Assembly (NCBI GenBank): GCA_041651015.1
Contig: JBAZKA010000003.1
Coordinates: 42,572-106,571, forward strand
From: Patescibacteria group bacterium
GTDB taxonomy: Bacteria > Patescibacteriota > Patescibacteriia > Magasanikbacterales > GWA2-37-8
Length of the DNA: 64,000 bases
Reading direction: 5' to 3'
The notes beneath the pieces are model-generated. The model was not told the origin of the DNA. It worked only from the letters and a program-made list of their open reading frames with translations, and searched no databases. Every line of letters begins with the position of its first letter. Positions within the stretch are counted from its first letter, which is position 1. The position numbers and the translations under genes are program-made. Shown here in pieces: positions 47,630 to 57,013 of the stretch.

Positions 47630-49567
47630 CTATTGAAGAGGCTGAATCTGAATATCGGATTCTTCAGCCGTGGATGACGCAATATCATCTTCAGACGAAA
47701 AGATCTCGCCGGTTTCCTCATAAACGGCCGAGGTAATTTCCACTCTCCCATTTTGAAATTCTTGACGCTTTAAATTTTTCGGTTCTTGCAAATAGATTAT
47801 TTCCGCGTTATCACCGGCTTTGGCATCCAATAAAAACAAAGAATTAATTTCCACCGAGCTTCTGTCTTCGGATTCAACCACTGCTTCCTCGGTTTTTAGA
47901 TCAAAGGCGGATACTTCGGCGTAGCCGGATGTTTTAATTTGTAATTTGCGCACCGTACCACCAAGCGTGACGCTGGAAAATACACCGGCGTCAATTTCTA
48001 TTGTCTCGGAGTTTAATTCCTGGGCTATTAATCGTCCATTTCCTTCCAGCACGGCTTTTAAAATTTTCGGACTCCCCACCACTTCCAAACTACCATTTGT
48101 TCCGGCAATGTAGCTCGTCATTGTGGTACTGCTGGAAAAAACTTTAACATCCGCCGATTCACCAACATTAACTTTTATGTCTTTGCCAAAATCCGCTACC
48201 TCGGCATTTACTCTATCAAAAGCAATGAATGAATCCAATGCCGAAGCAGTTATCACAATTTTCGCTCTTTTTTCAAAACAAAATATACAGAAAGTTTTGT
48301 CTTTGCGCGACTGGGTAATTTTAAGTTCGCCGTCCACAGTCTCATATTTATATTCTTTCAGAGCATCCTTGTCGCCTGTGACAGTGACGGTAAACTTATC
48401 ACCCGGCACCACTTTAACATCAGTCAAACCGCCCACGCGAATTTTGTTTACGTTATCAAATGAATAATTTTCACTAACGGTATTTTGCGCGATTCGTTGA
48501 TCATATTTATCCTTGGCCAACGGCACAATTTGCAGGGTTGACACTGTGACCGCCACCAACGACACTATCCACAAAATAATCAATAGAATAGTGCTTTTCA
48601 AGCGAAACAAATTTTTGCGGTTCATCAAACTAACACTGACAATTAGTAAAAATATCAGCGGGATTGACGCGGTCAAATATGCGCCCGCCAAACCCGCGTA
48701 ATAATATGCCGTGCCGGTAATCTCCCGAAGCGGAATATCCGATATCAAATACGGCGAATTGATGTTGAAGAGCAAGATTCCAATCACCATGGTCAAGCCA
48801 ATAACCGCGCCGGCCGCGCCTAAACACAAACCCACGCCAATCAGAATGCTAATTATCGGCAGAATTATTTTTAAAGTTTTTTTTAGAAACATTACAACAT
48901 GACGAATAACGTCAATCGGAAAAGAAAGAATTTTATTAATCCACTTACGATTATTCTGCCAGGCATTTTTCCCTTCATGCGCCATTTGCGTGGTTTTTTC
49001 TTTAACCACTTGTTCCAATTTTTGTAAATTCACCGGCCGTCCGCGCATTTCTAATTTTTGCGAATTTGTTTCCGCTGTCGGCATCACCAGCCACAAAACT
49101 AAATAGGCCAGCAAACCAATGCCGTTAGCAAACAGCAAAACAATAAAAATGATACGAACATAAACCGGATCAATGCCAAAATACGCCGCCAATCCCGAAC
49201 AGACGCCGGCGATAATCATATCATCGGGATTGCGATACAGCCGGCGAGACGATTTGCCCTCCCGCGAATCCGACTTTGACGACACTCCCGCCTCCGCCCC
49301 CGTATTCTCCTGAGCGAACTCTTCCACTGTTCCCATTATTTTTATTGCCTCTTCAACATCGGCCAAAGTAATTGTTTGTTTGGCCACACTGAGCCGCGCA
49401 GAAAATTTTTCCGCTAAATTTGATTCAATATCGGTTAAGATTTCCCGACTGTCATCCGAACTATAATGATTCTTGATGGAATCAAGATAATTATTCAACT
49501 CGGCAAAAGCATCTTCTTCAATATTGAATACCATGCCGCTCAAACTGATATTAAAATATTTCTTCAT
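47630..49567 (-). CDS. PspC-domain membrane protein with C-terminal GIN/DUF2807-like beta-helix
   Basis: RRLYRNPDDMIIAGVCSGLAAYFGIDP, LAYLVLWLVMP; C-terminal repetitive beta strands. Confidence 0.85.
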   Translation of the reverse strand: MKKYFNISLSGMVFNIEEDAFAELNNYLDSIKNHYSSDDSREILTDIESNLAEKFSARLSVAKQTITLADVEEAIKIMGTVEEFAQENTGAEAGVSSKSDSREGKSSRRLYRNPDDMIIAGVCSGLAAYFGIDPVYVRIIFIVLLFANGIGLLAYLVLWLVMPTAETNSQKLEMRGRPVNLQKLEQVVKEKTTQMAHEGKNAWQNNRKWINKILSFPIDVIRHVVMFLKKTLKIILPIISILIGVGLCLGAAGAVIGLTMVIGILLFNINSPYLISDIPLREITGTAYYYAGLAGAYLTASIPLIFLLIVSVSLMNRKNLFRLKSTILLIILWIVSLVAVTVSTLQIVPLAKDKYDQRIAQNTVSENYSFDNVNKIRVGGLTDVKVVPGDKFTVTVTGDKDALKEYKYETVDGELKITQSRKDKTFCIFCFEKRAKIVITASALDSFIAFDRVNAEVADFGKDIKVNVGESADVKVFSSSTTMTSYIAGTNGSLEVVGSPKILKAVLEGNGRLIAQELNSETIEIDAGVFSSVTLGGTVRKLQIKTSGYAEVSAFDLKTEEAVVESEDRSSVEINSLFLLDAKAGDNAEIIYLQEPKNLKRQEFQNGRVEITSAVYEETGEIFSSEDDIASSTAEESDIQIQPLQ

Positions 49568-49580
49568 ACGTTAAAATTAT

Positions 49581-49937
49581 TTATTTATATTTTTTAAGAA
49601 GAGAATTTAAAGATTTATCCAAAGATTGCCAAGTCTTGGATAATTGTTTCAAAACCGCGCCGCCTTCAGGCGTCAAAGTATAATACTTGCGCGGCGGTCC
49701 GCTCTTGCTCTCCTCCCAATCATAGGCCAAGAGACCGGAATTTTTTAACCGAGCGAGCAAAGGATAAACCGTACCTTCCACCACAAGCAAATCCGCCTTC
49801 TTCAATTCTTTCAAAATATCCGAAGCGTAAATTTTTTCTTGGGAGATGACGAGCAAAACACAAAACTCCAAAATGCCCTTGCGCATTTGGGCTTTGGTAT
49901 TTTCCACGTTAAATTCTAATTTTTGTTCCGTGTCCAT
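49581..49937 (-). CDS. PadR family transcriptional regulator
   Basis: QMRKGILE, EGTVYPLLARL, GPPRKYYTLT. Confidence 0.93.
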   Translation of the reverse strand: MDTEQKLEFNVENTKAQMRKGILEFCVLLVISQEKIYASDILKELKKADLLVVEGTVYPLLARLKNSGLLAYDWEESKSGPPRKYYTLTPEGGAVLKQLSKTWQSLDKSLNSLLKKYK

Positions 49938-49961
49938 AAGATGACAATTAATTCTATTTAC

Positions 49962-49995
49962 AGTATACCACTAACTACCGTGTAATGCAAGGTAG
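49962..49995 (-). promoter_or_regulatory. padR promoter with overlapping imperfect palindrome (likely operator)
   Basis: TTGCAT-17-TATACT; CTACCGTGTA-A-TGCAAGGTAG covers the -35. Confidence 0.6.
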
Positions 49996-50082
49996 CAGGT
50001 TATCCACAGGGTATGAATATAAAAAAAGCCCGACAATAAACCGGGTAACCTCCCTACTCCAATACTATATAGTCATTGTGGT

Positions 50083-50331
50083 TTATTTGTCTTTATCACC
50101 CCAACGCCAACCGGGCTTTTCGCCCGTCTTGTAACAAATGTAAATCAATAAACCGGACAAAACGAAAACCGAGAGAATATAAATGACCAAATATTTTTCA
50201 ATATCTGATTCAAAAATGTAAATTAACGAAACAAGAATGGCGGTATATAACAATAACACCAGCCACCCTTGCCATGTGGCGGGATACCAGCCAAAACCGT
50301 ATTTCTTAGCTTTGAACCAGAGAGTTTTCAT
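50083..50331 (-). CDS. Small 2-TM membrane protein
   Basis: WFKAKKYGFGWYPATWQGW ... GEKPGWRWG. Confidence 0.8.
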   Translation of the reverse strand: MKTLWFKAKKYGFGWYPATWQGWLVLLLYTAILVSLIYIFESDIEKYLVIYILSVFVLSGLLIYICYKTGEKPGWRWGDKDK

Positions 50332-50471
50332 AATGTATTAACAATACCATAAATATACGATTCCGTGAATATGAAATTTTGCTCTATTGTAAACAAAAAA
50401 CGGAACCTATTGAAGTGAGGTTCCGTAAAAAAAATAATTTGCAGCAAAAGAACTAAATCTAAATCCAAAAA

Positions 50472-51089
50472 CTATTTTGAAAGTGATTGCAAGACAACCC
50501 ATTTAACATCATCCGCGGCTTCAATCTCTCTATGTGAGGGGGTTTCAAACGTAAATACCTCTTCATCTTTGGGAATATAACGTCTTACCCCACGAAATTT
50601 TGTTTTACCGATGAATTTATCAAGAGAAGTTTCCATCACTCCTGGCATCCGGTTGCAGCTGGTAGCGTGAACAATCGTTCCGTCGCCAGAAGCGATACCG
50701 ACATGCCCGACGCCGCACGCAGGGTCGTCGCGATAATAATTAATCCATCCGGAAACGAACACAACATCACCCGCGATAATGTCATTAATGCCGATTGTCT
50801 CGCCGAATTCATATTGCTGAATTGACCGTCGTGGCAGCCAGATACCGCGCTGAGCGTAAAGCCACTTGATGAAACTGGAACAATCGACGATCGCCGGAGC
50901 CTCAACTAACCGGGCACCTCGACGGTATTTAGAAATGCCGATGCACTGCCGAGCGAGCGTGACAATGTCCACTTCCACCAATGAAAAACCTTTTTGACTT
51001 AATATAATCAAAGCTTCCTCGCGCGAAATCGGCAGATGCAGAGAACTAAGGGAGACCGCGCAACGATTGGCAACAGCTCGATAATCCAT
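50472..51089 (-). CDS. NlpC/P60 family cysteine hydrolase
   Basis: DCSSFIKW, LPRRSIQQ, GDVVF, GHVGI, VHA; GAGGAGG SD before ATG 51089. Confidence 0.85.
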   Translation of the reverse strand: MDYRAVANRCAVSLSSLHLPISREEALIILSQKGFSLVEVDIVTLARQCIGISKYRRGARLVEAPAIVDCSSFIKWLYAQRGIWLPRRSIQQYEFGETIGINDIIAGDVVFVSGWINYYRDDPACGVGHVGIASGDGTIVHATSCNRMPGVMETSLDKFIGKTKFRGVRRYIPKDEEVFTFETPSHREIEAADDVKWVVLQSLSK

Positions 51090-51275
51090 CTTTTCCTCCT
51101 CAGTGGTATTTTGATTAAAGGACAATAAAAAAACCCGCCCCAGTCGGGCAGATTTTGAGACTTAGAATATTCAAAGTCTACCCACTAGGTCAGGAGGATA
51201 AAAGATACGCCAACAAAGCTAGACCAGGTTTTTATTTGATGATTGTGCATCATAAACACACCATTATTTCTGCCG

Positions 51276-51360
51276 CGGAAGGAGAGGGATTCGAACCCTC
51301 GATACCTTTCGGTATACATGCTTTCCAAGCATGCGCCATCGACCACTAGGCGACCCTTCC
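51276..51360 (-). tRNA. tRNA-Ser(GGA)
   Basis: GGAAGGG acceptor stem, CATGC-TTGGAAA-GCATG anticodon arm, long variable arm, GGTTCGAATCC; CCA not encoded. Confidence 0.95.
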
Positions 51361-51364
51361 AATT

Positions 51365-52183
51365 TTATTTTTGTTGTTTGATTCTACCCCAAACACGCCA
51401 TAAAGTCAAGATGATAAAAAACCCAACAATCCCCCACTGCGCCGGAGTTAAATGCCAATACCGCGCATCGGCGCCAATAACGTCATCGGCCCGAAGAAAA
51501 TCCAAAAAAAATCTGCCGAACGCGTAAAGCATAAACCCGAATACGGGTGAACCGACTTTTTTTATCACCCGAACACGGCGCGTGAATAATAAAATGAAAA
51601 AAATAATCAATGCCAGAATGGAATCCATCAGCCCCAAATCATAACGCGCGCCATAAGGAAAATTCACGGACAAGAAAAAATTCGTCAGACGTCCGACGTG
51701 GTCGTGAATCAAAAAACATCCGATGCGTCCAATCGCCCAGCCCAACCAAAAATATATGCCGATAATTTCCGCGTATGGTCTGAAATCCGTCCATTTTATT
51801 TTTTTATTTTTTAGAAATATCCAAAGACCGGCCAGCGCTCCCGCAAATCCACCAAGAGAAGACGCCCCGCCGTGCCAAATTTTTAGAATTTCCGCGGGAT
51901 TTTCCCAATAATAAATTGGTTCGTAAAAAATAATGTGAAAAATTCTGGCGCCGATGAAACCGCCGAAAATCAGCCAAAAGAATACGCTCCACATGGTCTC
52001 GGGATTCAAGATGACGCCCTCCTGGATTCCCGCCTTCGCGGGAATGACACGAACGGACGCTTTCATAATTTCCCGCAAACAAAAAAATAAAGCAATGAGC
52101 GCGCCCAGCGCCACGCAAATCCCCCAGACCTGCAGGGTAATCGGTCCGAGCGAAATTGTTTGCCAAGAAAAATACGGGATCAT
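51365..52183 (-). CDS. lgt: Prolipoprotein diacylglyceryl transferase
   Basis: GFIGARIFH, KIWHGGASSLGG, AIGRIGCF..DH, YAFGRFFLDFLR, LTPAQW. Confidence 0.9.
   Translation of the reverse strand: MIPYFSWQTISLGPITLQVWGICVALGALIALFFCLREIMKASVRVIPAKAGIQEGVILNPETMWSVFFWLIFGGFIGARIFHIIFYEPIYYWENPAEILKIWHGGASSLGGFAGALAGLWIFLKNKKIKWTDFRPYAEIIGIYFWLGWAIGRIGCFLIHDHVGRLTNFFLSVNFPYGARYDLGLMDSILALIIFFILLFTRRVRVIKKVGSPVFGFMLYAFGRFFLDFLRADDVIGADARYWHLTPAQWGIVGFFIILTLWRVWGRIKQQK
52021..52049. repeat. GTCAT-ended palindrome in frame in lgt
   Basis: CCTGGATTCCCGCCTTCGCGGGAATGACA (VIPAKAGIQ); near-identical to intergenic 7841-7869. Confidence 0.85.
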
Positions 52184-53538
52184 TTTTGTCTAACGAGATT
52201 CAACAGCTCATTAATATCATCAGTGACACGGCAAAGTTCACGATCGCCGTGGCTGATCGTTTTGAAATCCGTATACATTACATTGATAAAATCCAAAAGC
52301 GGTTGCCAAAACTCACGGCCGTAAAGCACGAGCGGCATGGGTTCAACTTTTTTTGTTTCCACTAAGGTCAAAAGTTCAAATAATTGGTGAAGAGTACCAT
52401 ACCCGCCCGGAAAAAACGCAAAACCATGCGATGGCGCGGTGATAATTAATTTGCGCACGAATGGAAAAGTAAAACCAATAGTCCGTGACAAATAATTATT
52501 CCGGCGTTCCACTCCGCGCACACGCATATTAATACCAACACTCTCGCCGCCGGATTCATAAGCGCCACGGCTGACCGCTTCCATGATACCCGGACCGCCG
52601 CCGGTAATAGTCATATAGCCGTTCAACGCGAGTTCCCGGCCAAGATTGCGCGCATCTTCATAATATTTTGTGCCCGGCATGATGCTTTTGGTACCAAGCA
52701 CGGTGACATCATTTTTTACTTTATTCAAAAATTCAAAACCCTCCACCAATTCGGCCATAATCCGAAATATTCTCCACTCCACCTCGCGTTTATCCGCGCC
52801 GTGCAAATCAAAATCATTGGGTCGGTCGGTCGTATTTTTTATTAAATTAAAAGCATCCTCCGCGGTATCCACTACATGCCAATTTTTCAAATCCGCTTCC
52901 ACAATCGCGTTTGCGATTTGGCCGGATTTTTCCCGCAAAAATTTTAAAATTGGATTCCAAAAATCCGAACCGACCAGCACTACCGGCACGTCCGGCATAT
53001 AGCCCTGTTCAATCAAATCCACCACTTCAAAAAATTCATCCAAAGTGCCAAATCCTCCCGGGAAAAACACGAAGGCGTTGGCCGGCGAAGTGAGCATTAC
53101 TTTGCGAGTGAAGAAATAATAAAACGCGGCCGATTCTTTGACATACGGGTTGATACGCTGTTCAAACGGCAGTTGAATGTTGAGGCCGATTGATTCACCG
53201 CCGGCTTCAAAAGCGCCGCGGTTGGCCGCTTCCATGATACCCGGACCGCCGCCGGTAATGGTGGTAAAATTATTTTTGGCCAACAAACGCCCAAGTTCAA
53301 CCGCTATTTTATAATATTTGGAATTTGGCGTAATGCGCGCCGAGCCCAAAATCGTCACTTCATTTTTCAATTTGCCCAAAAATTCAAAACCTTCCACGAA
53401 CTCAGACATAATTTTAAAAATCCGCCATGATTCGCGGTAATCAACAGCCGCGCCGGCAGTGGCGATTTTTTGTTCCTCGGTAAAATCATGGACCTCGGGC
53501 AAATTTTTTAGTTCTTCTACGGCAATTTTCTGGGACAT
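52180..53538 (-). CDS. LOG family (TIGR00730-like) protein with two tandem domains
   Basis: Two copies of WRIF.IM.E.VEGFEFL, TGGGPGIMEA, PGG.GTL. Confidence 0.9.
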   Translation of the reverse strand: MSQKIAVEELKNLPEVHDFTEEQKIATAGAAVDYRESWRIFKIMSEFVEGFEFLGKLKNEVTILGSARITPNSKYYKIAVELGRLLAKNNFTTITGGGPGIMEAANRGAFEAGGESIGLNIQLPFEQRINPYVKESAAFYYFFTRKVMLTSPANAFVFFPGGFGTLDEFFEVVDLIEQGYMPDVPVVLVGSDFWNPILKFLREKSGQIANAIVEADLKNWHVVDTAEDAFNLIKNTTDRPNDFDLHGADKREVEWRIFRIMAELVEGFEFLNKVKNDVTVLGTKSIMPGTKYYEDARNLGRELALNGYMTITGGGPGIMEAVSRGAYESGGESVGINMRVRGVERRNNYLSRTIGFTFPFVRKLIITAPSHGFAFFPGGYGTLHQLFELLTLVETKKVEPMPLVLYGREFWQPLLDFINVMYTDFKTISHGDRELCRVTDDINELLNLVRQK

Positions 53539-53544
53539 ATTTTT

Positions 53545-55002
53545 TTAATTATTTTTTTCCAAAAAATTTCCCACGCGCAAAATCGTTGATTCATCCAAAC
53601 GAGCGCCGATAATTTGCGCGCCAATCGGCAAACCGGATTTAGTCTTGCCAACCGGCACGGACAATGCCGGCATGCCGGCTACAGCCGCGGGCGAGACCAT
53701 CACATCAGCCAAATAAAGCGATAATGGGTCATTTAGCTTCTCGCCCAAACCGAATGCCGGACTCGGCGTGGTCGGGGTAATCAAGGCATCAACTTTTTTA
53801 AATACTTTATCAAAATCATTTTTGATGAGCGTTCTCACCTTCTGCGCTTTTTTGTAATAGGCATCATAATATCCGGCTGAAAGCGCGTAAGTGCCGATTA
53901 AAATTCTGCGTTTGACTTCCTCGGGAAAACCTTGGGCGCGCGATTCAGCATACAAATCAAATAAATTTTTGGCTTCGACGCGTGAACCATAACGCACACC
54001 ATCCAACCGCGCCAGATTGGAACTATCCTCGCTCGGCACCAGAATATAATAAACCGCCATGGCATATTTAGTATAAGGCAAGCTCACATCAACAATTTTA
54101 CAACCGAGTGATTTTAATTTCGCGATTTGATTTTGAACGGCGCGCAATACTTCGTCATCAATACTAATCTCCCCGCCCGAGGCGGGTCCGCCTAGGGCGG
54201 AATAGTATTCTTTGGGCACACCAATAGTCATTCCCTTGATATCTTTACTAATTTCTTTGGAATATTTCGGCACCTCGTCTGACACAGTCGTTGCATCTTT
54301 CACGTCGGCTCCGGCCATAATTTCCATAAGCATGGCAATATCCTCAACGGTTTTCGCGATCGGCCCGACCGTGTCCAGAGACGAAGCCATGGGCATAATG
54401 CCAAAACGCGAATTACGGCCATAACTCGGGCGCAAGCCAACCACTCCGCAAAACGCCGCCGGCTGGCGGATTGAACCACCCGTGTCCTCGGCAACAGAAA
54501 AAATACATTCATGGTCAGCCACGGCCGCGGCCGAACCGCCGGATGAACCGCCGGCTACTTTGGTCGTATCATGCGGATTTTTTACCGGGCCATACATGCT
54601 GTTTTCATTGCTCGCGCCGTGGCCAAAAGCATCACAATTATTTTTTCCAATTACGACGCCGCCCGCGGCGCGCAATTTTTTTATCACTGTCGCTTCATAC
54701 GGCGGAATATATTTATCCAAAATTTTGGCCGCACCCGTGGAACGAATTCCCTCGGTCACAATTGCATCCTTCACGCTGAACGGCACACCGGTGAGAGCGC
54801 CTGCCTTCTTTTCTGAAATTAAAACATCGGCGGTCTTGGCGTCAGTTAACGCCTCTTCTTCATTCACAGTGATAAACGCGTTCAATTCTTTATTGCGCTT
54901 TTTGATTTGCGACAAACACGCCTCGGTTAATTCCATGGCGCTAAATTTCTTTTTCTTCAATCCTTCAACAGATTCTTTGATTGTCAGTTCGTTTAATTCC
55001 AC
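53545..55002 (-). CDS. gatA: Asp/Glu-tRNA amidotransferase subunit A
   Basis: GGSSGGSAAAV, DTGGSIRQPA, SSNLARLDGVRYG, EVKRRILIGTYALSAGYYDAYY; GTG start. Confidence 0.97.
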   Translation of the reverse strand: MELNELTIKESVEGLKKKKFSAMELTEACLSQIKKRNKELNAFITVNEEEALTDAKTADVLISEKKAGALTGVPFSVKDAIVTEGIRSTGAAKILDKYIPPYEATVIKKLRAAGGVVIGKNNCDAFGHGASNENSMYGPVKNPHDTTKVAGGSSGGSAAAVADHECIFSVAEDTGGSIRQPAAFCGVVGLRPSYGRNSRFGIMPMASSLDTVGPIAKTVEDIAMLMEIMAGADVKDATTVSDEVPKYSKEISKDIKGMTIGVPKEYYSALGGPASGGEISIDDEVLRAVQNQIAKLKSLGCKIVDVSLPYTKYAMAVYYILVPSEDSSNLARLDGVRYGSRVEAKNLFDLYAESRAQGFPEEVKRRILIGTYALSAGYYDAYYKKAQKVRTLIKNDFDKVFKKVDALITPTTPSPAFGLGEKLNDPLSLYLADVMVSPAAVAGMPALSVPVGKTKSGLPIGAQIIGARLDESTILRVGNFLEKNN

Positions 55003-55025
55003 AATACTTTATAAACTTTATAACT

Positions 55026-55328
55026 TTATGAACTTTCAACTTCGCTAAACACCGCCGGTACTTTTAATTCTCCGGCGTAAACATCGGGCATACAATCCAT
55101 CAATTCTTTTTTATTCGTAGATATCACAGCTTCGTCCTCCCGATAAACGTTGCTTAGGCCCGTCACTTGGGACGTTGGTTCAACGCCGTCAGTCGGCACT
55201 TCATTCAAAATTTTCATATAATCCAAAACCGCCGAAATGGTTTCGGCGTGGCGTTTTTCTTCGTCCGGAGTTAGCTTAATCCGAGCCAACAAGGCGATCT
55301 TCTTTATTTCTTCAAGGCTAATCGGCAT
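55026..55328 (-). CDS. gatC: Asp/Glu-tRNA amidotransferase subunit C
   Basis: IKKIALLARIKL, LNEVPTDGVEPT, NVYREDE, KVPAV. Confidence 0.93.
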   Translation of the reverse strand: MPISLEEIKKIALLARIKLTPDEEKRHAETISAVLDYMKILNEVPTDGVEPTSQVTGLSNVYREDEAVISTNKKELMDCMPDVYAGELKVPAVFSEVESS

Positions 55329-55382
55329 ACGGGTTAAATATAACAAAATAACGGCTGTCGTGCAACCCCTCACGACGAAATA

Positions 55383-55973
55383 TTATTTAATATTTACAGT
55401 AATTTCCGTGTCCCCCGCCATATAACCAACCAGACGCTTGATTTCCTCTTTGGCCTTGTTATTCGCGGTCGCCATCATTTCCGTGGAGGTGGCTGCGCTC
55501 TCCGCTTGTTTGATCAGTTCAGCCATCGCCTGATTATAGCCGTCGTCATTTTCTAAAAATCTTTTTAATATGCCTTGAGTGTTTTCCACGCTAATATCCC
55601 CCACCAAACGCGAATTAAAAATTTCCGCACCCGGAATTTCCACGATAATTTTTTTGCCGGAAACCTTAATGTCTGCGGCGGACAATTTTTCTAAATCCAC
55701 ACCCAAATTAACTTCGGCCACGGCTGAGGCGTTAATCTCCTGACCCCAAAATAATTTTTTCCATAGACTGGCCTGATCGGTTTTGATGTTGGTCGCCACC
55801 GTAGAAACAATAGTCTCCGTCACCAAAAATCCGCGCTCGCGCAATGCCGTCAGGATAGTTTGATCAGTAATGGTTTTATCTACGGCTTGACCGCGCCCCC
55901 ACATCCAACCGATAAAAATTCCAAAAATCATGATACCGACTACCAACAAAATCGCTTTGACAAATTTATTCAT
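55383..55973 (-). CDS. DUF4230-like membrane-anchored protein
   Basis: N-terminal TM; VNLGVDLEKL, IIVEIPGAEI. Confidence 0.7.
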   Translation of the reverse strand: MNKFVKAILLVVGIMIFGIFIGWMWGRGQAVDKTITDQTILTALRERGFLVTETIVSTVATNIKTDQASLWKKLFWGQEINASAVAEVNLGVDLEKLSAADIKVSGKKIIVEIPGAEIFNSRLVGDISVENTQGILKRFLENDDGYNQAMAELIKQAESAATSTEMMATANNKAKEEIKRLVGYMAGDTEITVNIK

Positions 55974-55974
55974 A

Positions 55975-56889
55975 TTAAACTTTTTTACTGCGAATAAGCA
56001 TGACGACCAACAACATGGTAAAAAGCGCCACGCCGATAAATAACGCAAAAACTTTTATCGGTTCGTCCACAAACGGCACATTTATGTTCATACCGTAAAT
56101 GCCGGAAAGTAAAGTGAGAGGCATGAGCGAAGCGGAAATAACGGTAAGTGTGGTAATGACACGGTTGGTGTGCTGAGAAATAAGGGACTCATTGGTGCGG
56201 TGCAAGCCGTCCACCATATCGCGATGGCTCTCCACTTCCACCCAAGTTTTTTCAATATAGTCATGGATGTTGTCAAAATAATTCGCCATCTCGGCCGGAA
56301 TAAATTCACGATCCAAATTGACCAGCACGTTGATGGTGAAGCGCTGCGGGTCAAGCAAACGGCGCAAGGTAAAAGTTGAACGCCTGATGAGCGCGAGGTC
56401 GCGGGCCACGCTCTTCAACTCGTTATCATAGACATCATCCTCCACTTCGGCAATTTGCCGGCCGACAATGTCAAACGCCTGATGCGACTCGCGGAATAAT
56501 TTTTCCAAAATCTTGTATAGTAAAAAACTAACGCCTTTTTCCACCCATAATTTTTTTAATTTACGACTGACGTTCACTCGTTCAAAAATATGATCCAAAA
56601 AAGGATTGGGGTTTTTGGCAACTGTGATAAGCGTATCACGATTTAAAAATATGTCCACCTCGCGTCCGCGGACTTTGAATTTTTCCTTGTCGTAATACGG
56701 AAAAACCGCGATTAAAAAAAGATAATATTTGTAAATATCAATTTTCGGCCGCTGGCTATCGGACATGACGTCCTCAATATCCAAAGCGTGAAATTTGAAG
56801 TTGTCTCTCAAATATGTTCCGGTGGATTCATCAATATCCGACAAATGTATCCAACGGCATTTTTTGCCTTTGATTTCTTTAACATCCAT
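55975..56889 (-). CDS. corA: CorA family Mg2+ transporter
   Basis: FHALDIED, QRPKID, PLTLLSGIYGMN. Confidence 0.93.
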   Translation of the reverse strand: MDVKEIKGKKCRWIHLSDIDESTGTYLRDNFKFHALDIEDVMSDSQRPKIDIYKYYLFLIAVFPYYDKEKFKVRGREVDIFLNRDTLITVAKNPNPFLDHIFERVNVSRKLKKLWVEKGVSFLLYKILEKLFRESHQAFDIVGRQIAEVEDDVYDNELKSVARDLALIRRSTFTLRRLLDPQRFTINVLVNLDREFIPAEMANYFDNIHDYIEKTWVEVESHRDMVDGLHRTNESLISQHTNRVITTLTVISASLMPLTLLSGIYGMNINVPFVDEPIKVFALFIGVALFTMLLVVMLIRSKKV

Positions 56890-57013
56890 ATTTTCCCAAA
56901 ATTTATTTTGTGAAATAATTATTTATATTATAGCACATCTAACGCGTGACGGAAAATAAAACCGTCCCGGATAATTTATTCGGGGCGGTGTTTGAGAAGA
57001 TGGTGAGATAAAA

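Noticed and set aside
50050-51360. Integrated island at the tRNA-Ser 3' end
   Set aside because: No integrase and no duplicated tRNA 3' end found downstream
51155-51527. Plus-strand ORFs of 64 and 94 aa
   Set aside because: Overlap tRNA-Ser and lgt on the opposite strand
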